This document shows, piece by piece, positions 28,423-36,469 of a DNA stretch of 63,690 nt. The position numbers were made by a program, and so were the translations under genes. How positions within the stretch are numbered: position 1 is the first letter of the stretch; each line of letters begins with the position of its first letter. The stretch covers positions 1-63,690 of the forward strand of contig CAIUOX010000038.1 of the NCBI GenBank assembly GCA_903900935.1, read 5' to 3'. The DNA comes from an uncultured bacterium (lineage in GTDB: Bacteria; Patescibacteriota; Minisyncoccia; Phycocordibacterales; PALSA-1337). The notes beneath the pieces are model-generated. The model did no database searches. It was not told the DNA's origin and saw nothing but the letters and a program-made list of their open reading frames with translations.

Positions 28423-29427
28423 ATGAATCGTGGCGGTTTTTTCATCTCAATTTTATTCTTTTTTCATTGTATCTTCATTGCACTTATATACGATATGTCT
28501 ATGAATAGAATAATATCCAAACCTTTTATTATTGGAGCAGTGGCTACTTTGGCAATTTCTGGAGTTGGTGCATATATTTGGAAAGAGGGCAATCGTCCTC
28601 ATGTTCTCGAAATATATGTATTTGCTCTCAAGAGTGGCAGATCTATTTTTGTACGTACACCAGAAGATAGAAGAATTCTTATTGATGGTGGTGCAAATTC
28701 TGAAATAGTCGCTGAGTTGACGAAGATTTTACCATTTTATTCACGGCGTATAGATGCGATCATTGCTACGAATACTGAAGGCAAGAATATTTCTGGGCTG
28801 ATCGATGTTCTCAAACGCTATAGGATCGATCAAGTTTATATTGCAAGCACTTCGTTGTCAGATATTAGTATGGCTAGTTCGATAGATAGTATCTACAAGA
28901 CATTCCTTTCTACTCTCAATACCATGAAGATAAATATTCATGGTATTGAAGCTGGCGAACATATAGATTTTGATCAGCATGTTTCAGGTGATATTTTATT
29001 TCCTGTGCTTGCAAGTAATTTTCAGTATTCCAAAGCAAGTGCTCCTGAGATATTGATGAAAATATCATTTGGTTCAATTTCTGTGGCATTATTTGGAAAT
29101 GCATCAACAAAGATTCAAAAGTATCTTGTCTTTCAAGAAAAAATTCAGCATTCAAATGTTTTGATTGTTTCACATAATGCATCTTTAGGAAGTCTCGCTC
29201 CACAGTTTATTGATGTAGTTCAGCCACGCTTTCTTGTGTATTCAAAATCAATACCAAAGTCATCTACTCTAAGCTCAAATAAAAAAGATATTTCATCACG
29301 CACATCTTCAAAAACAAAAAAACAAGAAGATCCGCTTGCAATGGTTCTTCTTGAGAATAGATTCAATATTCAAGAAAAGGGAACTATAAAGATAGTTTCT
29401 GACGGTGATATTATCTCTGTATATTAA
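28423..29427 (+). CDS. Membrane-anchored ComEC C-terminal-like metallo-beta-lactamase-fold protein (motifs degenerate)
   Basis: Two N-terminal TM helices, then RILIDGGAN as in the ComEC MBL domain. The HxHxDH position reads ATNTEGKNISG, and a later motif reads VSHNAS. Confidence 0.5.
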   Translation: MNRGGFFISILFFFHCIFIALIYDMSMNRIISKPFIIGAVATLAISGVGAYIWKEGNRPHVLEIYVFALKSGRSIFVRTPEDRRILIDGGANSEIVAELTKILPFYSRRIDAIIATNTEGKNISGLIDVLKRYRIDQVYIASTSLSDISMASSIDSIYKTFLSTLNTMKINIHGIEAGEHIDFDQHVSGDILFPVLASNFQYSKASAPEILMKISFGSISVALFGNASTKIQKYLVFQEKIQHSNVLIVSHNASLGSLAPQFIDVVQPRFLVYSKSIPKSSTLSSNKKDISSRTSSKTKKQEDPLAMVLLENRFNIQEKGTIKIVSDGDIISVY

Positions 29428-29493
29428 AAAATTTGTTTATATAATAAAAAAAGAGCTAAGTAGCTCATTCTAGTAAAATATTGTGCAAGCAAG

Positions 29494-29739
29494 CTATACG
29501 ATCAAACCAGCTTTTTTCAAGGTAATATAGGCACCATTTTTGTTGATTGTGCGAAGGCCACGTGTAGAAATAGTTACTGAGATTGACTTTTTGAGTTCAG
29601 GAATATAAATCTTCTTTTTCTGAAGATTTGGGTGACGGCGAACTTTGCCACAGGGATTGAACTGTGTCGCACGTGTGCGGTTCGAATATCGTCCTCCGAC
29701 GACTGATCCTTTTTTAGTTATTGCGCAAATTTTTGCCAT
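29494..29739 (-). CDS. rpmB: 50S ribosomal protein L28
   Basis: 81 aa. MAKICAITKKGSVVGGRYSNRTRATQF... Confidence 0.9.
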   Translation of the reverse strand: MAKICAITKKGSVVGGRYSNRTRATQFNPCGKVRRHPNLQKKKIYIPELKKSISVTISTRGLRTINKNGAYITLKKAGLIV

Positions 29740-29817
29740 AAAAGTTGTGTAGGAACTATCCTATCATAATTTATCTATTTGGCAAGTTTCTGATAGACTA
29801 TATATCTACATATACCT

Positions 29818-30426
29818 ATGCTTATAACTACACTCTCAATAGTCATCCTTATATTTTCAGTTATTATCCATGAAGTATCTCATGGCTATGTGGCTGATAT
29901 GCTTGGTGATCCGACACCTCGTTTGCAAGGAAGGCTTACACTGAATCCTTTGAGGCATATAGATCCTCTTGGTTCAATAATTGTTCCACTGATGACTTCA
30001 TTGCTTGCAAATTTTACTTTTGGGTGGGCAAAACCAGTGATATATAATCCATATAACTTGAAGAATAAGCGCCAGGGTGAATGTTTGATCGCACTTGCTG
30101 GTCCATTATCAAATCTGATTATCGCTTTTGTATTTGGTACGATCATACGTTTTGTTTTTGCTGGTTTGATGACACCATTCATAGAGATATCTATGTATAT
30201 TGTAATTATCAATATCATTCTCGCTATATTTAATCTCATTCCATTGCCACCTCTGGATGGTTCAAAGATCCTATTTTCATTATTACCACAGCAGTATGGG
30301 CGATTACGTATGATCTTTGAGTCTTATTCTTTGGTATTTATGTTGATTGTGGTCTTTTTCTTATGGCAGGTTGTTTCTCCTATCATACCTTTTATTTTTA
30401 GCATTTTTACAGGATTTAGTTTGTGA
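29818..30426 (+). CDS. Site-2 protease family (peptidase M50) membrane metalloprotease
   Basis: HEVSHGY (HExxH) in TM1 and NLIPLPPLDGSKI (NxxPxxxxDG) later. Polytopic. Confidence 0.82.
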   Translation: MLITTLSIVILIFSVIIHEVSHGYVADMLGDPTPRLQGRLTLNPLRHIDPLGSIIVPLMTSLLANFTFGWAKPVIYNPYNLKNKRQGECLIALAGPLSNLIIAFVFGTIIRFVFAGLMTPFIEISMYIVIINIILAIFNLIPLPPLDGSKILFSLLPQQYGRLRMIFESYSLVFMLIVVFFLWQVVSPIIPFIFSIFTGFSL

Positions 30427-30474
30427 AAGATGGTGATATAATGAGGATGATTATTAGTCTAACTAATTATCACT

Positions 30475-31161
30475 ATGAAAAAATATCTTATATTCGTAAT
30501 GTTGTCTTTTTTGTTTTGTGTTGTACGCGCCAACGCTCAAGATTCAACATTCTCCAACGATTTGATGATTGGTAGTTCTGGCAAAGATGTTGTCAATTTG
30601 CAGACATGGCTCATGTCCAATGGGTATGATATTCCTGCCATTAGCATTCATGGAGGTACCAAGGGGTATTTTGGTGAGCAAACACGCACAGCCCTATCAA
30701 CATATCAAAAATCTATTGGCTTTCCATCACGCGGTTTCTTTGGGCCGATGACACGCGAGCGATTGAATAAAGGCGTTGGTTATAGGGATGCTTCTTTTCG
30801 AGTGATTTCTCCAAACGGTGGAGAAGTATGGCAAAAGGGAACATTGCATTCGATCGTATGGACTTCACCTTATTATTTCAGATCAACGATAGCCGATCTC
30901 AGACTTCTACCATATCAACAACCTTGTACTACTCAGGTGTGTCCGATGTATGCGATTGCACCATATATTATAGCCACAAGTATTCCAATCAATCAGAATT
31001 CATATAATTGGAATGTTGGAAGTGTTTATGGTGCGGTTAATATGACCAATGGTTTACCAGGTGATTACATTACAATACCTGATGGTCAATATACAGTTCA
31101 GATCTGTGAATCAGTCAGTGGAAATTGTGATTCAAGTGATGCGGTATTTACTCTCAGATAG
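30475..31161 (+). CDS. Secreted protein with a peptidoglycan-binding (PG_binding_1-like) domain
   Basis: Signal peptide MKKYLIFVMLSFLFCVVRANA. GSSGKDVVNLQTWLMSNGY...G.FGEQTRTALSTYQKSIG is the PGB repeat pattern. Confidence 0.7.
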   Translation: MKKYLIFVMLSFLFCVVRANAQDSTFSNDLMIGSSGKDVVNLQTWLMSNGYDIPAISIHGGTKGYFGEQTRTALSTYQKSIGFPSRGFFGPMTRERLNKGVGYRDASFRVISPNGGEVWQKGTLHSIVWTSPYYFRSTIADLRLLPYQQPCTTQVCPMYAIAPYIIATSIPINQNSYNWNVGSVYGAVNMTNGLPGDYITIPDGQYTVQICESVSGNCDSSDAVFTLR

Positions 31162-31169
31162 GCGGGGTC

Positions 31170-31198
31170 TTGACTTATATACAAAAGGGGAGTATAAT
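31170..31198 (+). promoter_or_regulatory. Near-consensus sigma70-type promoter
   Basis: TTGACT (31170-31175), 17-nt spacer, TATAAT (31193-31198). Confidence 0.55.
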
Positions 31199-31204
31199 TT
31201 GTTT

Positions 31205-31358
31205 TAAATAGGATGCTTTCATTTTTCCAAGTCAGGACGTTCCTCCGAGCTTGGATGTCGAATGGGTGTCGGGCGGGCCTGTACTCCCGTCCGACACTCA
31301 CGATTTTGATTCGTTCAGACTATTGTCAAGCGCACCGATACCAGATCGGGCGTTTTTT
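31205..31358 (+). ncRNA. Candidate small structured RNA, identity unknown
   Basis: About 150 nt between the promoter above and an intrinsic terminator (GCGC[A]CCGAT-accag-ATCGGGCGT plus T6 at 31330-31358). Hairpin 31227-31254 has CCAAG/CTTGG closing pairs. A 12-bp GC-rich hairpin GTGTCGGGCGGG-cctgtact-CCCGTCCGACAC lies at 31266-31297. Only junk ORFs overlap it. Confidence 0.4.
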
Positions 31359-31618
31359 AATAATATAGCTAGAGTATTGCTACCACCCAATCTATATGAT
31401 ATGGTATTCAAACTATCTAAAGGAAACTTTAGACCAGTACATTATTACGGCAAGAATGAGTAATCGCCAGGGTATATCTCACACCCAAAGCGGTGAATAA
31501 TTCAGGATTGCCAATTGCGAATCTGCTAATAATACGAATGCTACGAATTCAAGTATATTGATTTCAGTAGAGTTTGTTATTTATAGATTCGTATAATTCG
31601 TAGATTTGCATTATACAC

Positions 31619-32035
31619 ATGCCTACAATCAATCAGTTAATCAAGAAGAATCGTGCTCGCTTCACACACAAGTCGAAGTCAATTGCGCTTACACGCACCT
31701 TCAATTCGGTCAAGAATCGCCCGGTATTTTTTCCGGCACCATTCAAGCGAGGAGTATGCGTGAAAGTTACTACCAAGACACCAAAGAAGCCTAACTCAGC
31801 TATTCGTAAGATTGCTCGTGTTCGTCTTACAAATGGTCTTGAAGTTACTGCATATATCCCAGGTGAAGGCCACAATCTTCAGGAACACTCAGTGGTCCTC
31901 CTTCGTGGTGGTCGTGTCAAAGACGTTGGGCTCCGTTATTCAGTAGTCCGCGGTGTTCTAGATGCAGCTGGCGTAGATAAGCGAAGAAAAGGTCGCAGTC
32001 AATATGGCAATAAGAAGCCAAAGGTAGCAAAGTAA
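31619..32035 (+). CDS. rpsL: 30S ribosomal protein S12
   Basis: [10 protein letters not shown]...[33 protein letters not shown]. Confidence 0.97.
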   Translation: MPTINQLIKKNRARFTHKSKSIALTRTFNSVKNRPVFFPAPFKRGVCVKVTTKTPKKPNSAIRKIARVRLTNGLEVTAYIPGEGHNLQEHSVVLLRGGRVKDVGLRYSVVRGVLDAAGVDKRRKGRSQYGNKKPKVAK

Positions 32036-32054
32036 TCTCTAATTTCACACATAT

Positions 32055-32525
32055 ATGCGAAGAAAATTAAACCTCAAACGTGAGCTCAAGCCAGATGTGA
32101 CCTATCAGTCATTGAAACTCGCCAAGCTTACCAACTATATTATGGAATCAGGCAAGAAGAACATTGCCCGAAAGATTGTTGCTGATTGCATGCTCGCTAT
32201 CAAAGAGCAGACAAAGAACGAGAATCCTCTCGAAGTCTTTGAGGCGGCACTCAAGAATACTGCACCAGCTATGGAAGTTCGCTCACGTCGCGTTGGTGGA
32301 GCAAACTATCAGGTTCCTCGTGAAGTTCGTCCAGAGCGCAAGAGTTCACTATCCATGAAGTGGATCGTTGAAGCGGCTCGTGGGAAAAAAGGAAAGCCTA
32401 TACATCTCAAACTCGCTGATGAGATCATCGCAGCATCCAAGAATGAAGGTGAAGCAGTTAAGAAGCGTGAAAATGTTCATAAGATGGCTGAAGCAAACAA
32501 GGCTTTTGCTCACTTTGCTTGGTAG
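32055..32525 (+). CDS. rpsG: 30S ribosomal protein S7
   Basis: 156 aa. ...MEVRSRRVGGANYQVP.EV...R...L..KW...AA. Confidence 0.96.
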   Translation: MRRKLNLKRELKPDVTYQSLKLAKLTNYIMESGKKNIARKIVADCMLAIKEQTKNENPLEVFEAALKNTAPAMEVRSRRVGGANYQVPREVRPERKSSLSMKWIVEAARGKKGKPIHLKLADEIIAASKNEGEAVKKRENVHKMAEANKAFAHFAW

Positions 32526-32734
32526 AAATCGGCTGGGCCGATTTCTCGTCGAGCCTCTGGCAATTAAGTTATATTTATAACTAAATTATGTAGAGCGAGA
32601 CTGCATTGTCTAACCACATAATAAAGAAGAAAGGCGCACTAAAAATGGTGCGTTTTTTCTTATTCACATTATTTACACAGGTTTTTGCACTTTTGAAGTT
32701 CCAATTTGGAACTTCAAGTTGGCATGATGCTTCT

Positions 32735-33283
32735 ATGTCATATATAGAAAAATCTGAAACAAGTTTGAATATGCCCATTACTCCTGAATTTATTGAAAGG
32801 AGGATTTATATAATTCGTGGCCAAAAAGTAATGCTCGATACAGATCTTGCGGAGTTGTATCAAGTCCCGACGAAACGATTGAATGAACAAGTTAAGCGTA
32901 ATATTTCTAGGTTTCCAAGTGGTTTCATGTTTCAACTGAGTATTGAAGAAATAAAGTTGTTGAATCGGTCGCAATTTGCGACCGGTTCAGAAAAACATCG
33001 TGATCCGCGTTTTCGTCCTTACGTCTTCACCGAATTCGGTGTTGCCATGCTCTCATCTGTCTTGAAAAGTGATAGAGCTGTTCAAATGAACATCTATATT
33101 ATGCGTGCTTTTGTGAAATTGCGTGAAGTGCTGGCTACTCATGCAGATTTAGCGCAGAGAATGAAAGAATTAGAGATGGAACAGAAGAAGCAAGGTGAGC
33201 ATATTGTTGCCGTTTCTTCGGTGTTGAAACAGTTGATGGAGGAGCCGGTGAAGGAGAATGGGAAGATTGGGTTTGTTATGTAG
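32735..33283 (+). CDS. ORF6N-domain (KilA-N/antirepressor-like DNA-binding) protein
   Basis: IYIIRGQKVMLDTDLAELYQVPTKRLNEQVKRNISRFPSGFMFQLSIEE is the ORF6N signature. The start is uncertain (ATG 32735 or 32771). The track start at 32606 runs through two terminator-like hairpins. Confidence 0.7.
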   Translation: MSYIEKSETSLNMPITPEFIERRIYIIRGQKVMLDTDLAELYQVPTKRLNEQVKRNISRFPSGFMFQLSIEEIKLLNRSQFATGSEKHRDPRFRPYVFTEFGVAMLSSVLKSDRAVQMNIYIMRAFVKLREVLATHADLAQRMKELEMEQKKQGEHIVAVSSVLKQLMEEPVKENGKIGFVM

Positions 33284-33307
33284 ACATATATTAAGTATAC
33301 TTTTGAT

Positions 33308-33694
33308 ATGGAAAAACAACTTGAGTTTGAACGAAGTAAAGAAGAAGATATATACGCACCAGGTGGTTTTCTTAATGATTATTTAAATGCAATTTTATCT
33401 GTTGGTGTTAATGAGAAAGGAAAAATTTGCAGAGGTAAAGTTAAGACAATTCAGGAGCGTTATTTGGATAATCCAAATGCAGAAGATGATTGGAAAGCTG
33501 AGTTTGAAGAATACATAAGACAAAAACCGAAAAAAGTTGAAAGAGTCAATGAGCTTGCAAATATATTGAATACGACAGATGACGTTACTTTGTTCAAGAG
33601 AGCCTATAATGAAATACTAAGATTGATATATCGCAAAGATATTTCCTTAAAGTATAAAGAGCCAGAATTTAACCCTGATCTACTTGAATTATAA
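33308..33694 (+). CDS. Hypothetical protein
   Basis: 128-aa acidic ORF. TATACT at 33296-33301 lies 6 nt before the ATG. No family recognised. Confidence 0.5.
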   Translation: MEKQLEFERSKEEDIYAPGGFLNDYLNAILSVGVNEKGKICRGKVKTIQERYLDNPNAEDDWKAEFEEYIRQKPKKVERVNELANILNTTDDVTLFKRAYNEILRLIYRKDISLKYKEPEFNPDLLEL

Positions 33695-33849
33695 GTTAGG
33701 ATTGATTATTTGGTTGATTTCCTGTACATTAATGCTCTAATAAAGCGTTGGCCTCCATCGGCCCAATTCGCTAATCGTCGCTTTTTTATTTATAATCAAT
33801 TTTTTGGCCACTTTTATCATAACAGGCCTCAATATTAACAAAACAAACT

Positions 33850-35994
33850 ATGAACCGTGATTACCCATTGGAGAGAGTACGTAACTTTGGAGTTATTGCT
33901 CACATTGATGCAGGCAAGACCACTACATCAGAACGTATTCTGTACTACACAGGAATGATTCATAAGATCGGTGAAGTTCACGAAGGCGAAACCACTACTG
34001 ACTGGATGGAACAAGAACGTGAACGTGGTATTACTATTACTGCGGCTGCGATTACTTGTTTTTGGAATCCTTCTTACATGCCAAAAGCAGACCTTTCCAA
34101 GAAAGTTCGTTTCAATATCATTGATACTCCAGGCCATATCGACTTCACAGTAGAAGTGAAGCGTTCTCTTCGTGTTCTCGATGGTGCAGTTGTTGTATTT
34201 GATGGTGTTGCTGGTGTAGAACCACAATCAGAGACAAATTGGCGTTATGCTGACGAAGCCAATGTTCCTCGTTTGTGTTTCATCAACAAAATGGATCGCA
34301 TGGGTGCATCATTTGAACATTCATTCAAGTCTATTCTTGAGCGTTTGAATAAAAATGCAGTTAGATTCCAGATCCCAATCGGTAATGAAGCCAATCACGT
34401 TGGTGTTGTAGATTTATTGAAAATGAAAGCTTTCTATTTTGATGGCGAAAAGGGTATCAATGTCATTGAAAAGGAAATTCCAGCAGAGCTACTAGAAGAT
34501 GCAAAGAAATATCGTGCAGAAATGATAGAAAAAGTTGTTGAAACAGATGATGTTGCGATGCAGAACTTTCTTGATGGTAAAGAAATTTCTATTGATGAAT
34601 TCAAGATAGTTGCTCGTAAGGCAGTTATTGCAAATAAGATTTTCCCTGTGTTTACTGGTTCGGCTTTGAAGAATGTTGGAGTCCAATTGGTTCTCGACGC
34701 TGTTGTTGATTATCTTCCTTCACCACTAGACATGCCAGCCATCAAAGGTATTGACCCAAATACTGGTGGAGAGGTCTTTCGTCATGCAGATGATAGCGAA
34801 CCATTCTCGGCTCTTGCATTCAAGCTTCAGAATGACCCATTCGTTGGAGCACTTACATTCTTCCGTGTATATTCAGGATCGATTGAGGCAGGAACATATA
34901 TTTACAATTCTTCAACAGGCAAGAGAGAGCGTCTCGGACGTATTGTTAGACTCCAAGCCGATAAGCGCGAAGAAGTGAAAAAAGTCTTCGCTGGAGAGAT
35001 TGCAGCAGCGGTTGGTCTCAAAGATGCACTTACTTCGCATACATTTTGTGATGAGCAGGATCCTATTATCCTTGAAGTTATCAAATTCATGGAACCTGTC
35101 GTATCACTCCGTATTGAGCCAAAGACCAAGGCAGATCAGGAAAAGATGGGTATGGCTTTGAAGAAACTTGGCAATGAAGATCCGACATTTCGTATCACAT
35201 CAAATGGTGAGACAGGAGAAACAATTATTTCAGGAATGGGAGAGCTTCACCTTGAGATTATGGTTGATCGTATGAAGCGTGAATTCGGAGTTGAAGCAAA
35301 TGTTGGCGAGCCTCAGGTAGCATATCGCGAAACGATCATGAATACTGCTGAAGCTGAACACAAATATATCAAGCAGACAGGAGGTAAGGGTCAATATGGT
35401 CACGTTCGACTTACACTGAAACCTATGGAGCCTCTCATTGAAGGAGAAAAGATTCCAAAGAATGTGAAGCGCTATGATGATTTTGAATTTATCAATTCGA
35501 TCAAAGGCGGAGTGATTCCAAATGAATTCATTCCTGCAGTTGAAAAGGGTGTTCGTGAAGCATTGGATCGTGGTATTGTAGCTGGATTCAAAATGGTGAA
35601 TGTTTCATGCGAGCTTACATTCGGTTCGTATCATGATGTTGACTCATCAGAGATCGCCTACAAGATTGCTGCTTCACAAGCATTTCAAGATGCTGCAAAG
35701 CGTGCAAAGCCAGTTATTCTCGAACCTATTATGAAGCTCGAGGTTGTTGCACCAGAAAAGTACATGGGTGACGTGAATGGTTCCATTGCTTCAAAGCGTG
35801 GACAAGTTGAAGGTTCAGAGCCTCGTGGTCAAGCGATCGCTATTCATGCCAAGGTTCCACTGTCAGAAATGTTCGGATACACTACACAGCTTCGCTCTAT
35901 GACTTCAGGTCAGGGTAGTGCAATGATGGAATTTGATCACTATGAAGTAGTTCCTGCAAATGTTGAGAAGACCATTGTTGAGAAGAGAAAATAA
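33850..35994 (+). CDS. fusA: Elongation factor G
   Basis: 714 aa. G1 AHIDAGKTT, G3 DTPGHIDF, G4 NKMD, plus domain IV/V signatures. Confidence 0.98.
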   Translation: MNRDYPLERVRNFGVIAHIDAGKTTTSERILYYTGMIHKIGEVHEGETTTDWMEQERERGITITAAAITCFWNPSYMPKADLSKKVRFNIIDTPGHIDFTVEVKRSLRVLDGAVVVFDGVAGVEPQSETNWRYADEANVPRLCFINKMDRMGASFEHSFKSILERLNKNAVRFQIPIGNEANHVGVVDLLKMKAFYFDGEKGINVIEKEIPAELLEDAKKYRAEMIEKVVETDDVAMQNFLDGKEISIDEFKIVARKAVIANKIFPVFTGSALKNVGVQLVLDAVVDYLPSPLDMPAIKGIDPNTGGEVFRHADDSEPFSALAFKLQNDPFVGALTFFRVYSGSIEAGTYIYNSSTGKRERLGRIVRLQADKREEVKKVFAGEIAAAVGLKDALTSHTFCDEQDPIILEVIKFMEPVVSLRIEPKTKADQEKMGMALKKLGNEDPTFRITSNGETGETIISGMGELHLEIMVDRMKREFGVEANVGEPQVAYRETIMNTAEAEHKYIKQTGGKGQYGHVRLTLKPMEPLIEGEKIPKNVKRYDDFEFINSIKGGVIPNEFIPAVEKGVREALDRGIVAGFKMVNVSCELTFGSYHDVDSSEIAYKIAASQAFQDAAKRAKPVILEPIMKLEVVAPEKYMGDVNGSIASKRGQVEGSEPRGQAIAIHAKVPLSEMFGYTTQLRSMTSGQGSAMMEFDHYEVVPANVEKTIVEKRK

Positions 35995-36469
35995 TACAAT
36001 AAAAGCCACTCCGTAGAAGTTCTTCGGAGTGGTGAAACCGTGTGCTCGCTCAATGCTTTTTGAATGGCTGTATGGCTAAATTAATGAGGCCGTTGACCCC
36101 GCCAATTATTTGATTAACGCTACTAATAATTTGGTAAAATGATGATTCTGTCCCAGAAGGTCTGTGTAATGTTGGCCAAACCCAAAGTGCACCGATGCGA
36201 CGGAGTTCGGAACGAAGTGTTTCGCTCGGTTTTTGCTTTGCCCGAGGTCTGACCTCGGGCAATTTGACAACTTTTGACTATATGATAGTATGGTCTTTAT
36301 TCGCCCTTGGCCTCCTTCGGCCCGACTTGCTAGTCGCAGGCGTTTTATAAGTCGTTTTTATAAACTATTAACAATGCATCTTTGGTTCTCGCTGTTTGGT
36401 TTGTCCCGAGCGTAGTCGAGGGACTTCACGCCTAAATAATGCGAACTAAAGCACTACATCAATAATCAT

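Noticed and set aside
31227-31254. SRP (4.5S) RNA assignment for candidate sRNA 1, prompted by the string AGUCAGG.
   Set aside because: The apical hairpin folds as AGGA-CGU-UCCU, with a triloop and a 2x5 internal loop. The GNRA tetraloop and the conserved AGCA 3'-side loop of SRP domain IV are absent. A covariance-model scan is needed before naming it.
36050-36262. 70-aa minus-strand ORF between fusA and tuf.
   Set aside because: It starts inside a perfect hairpin, has no promoter-like or SD-like signal, and its composition is not protein-like. The region is reported instead as unexplained noncoding DNA.
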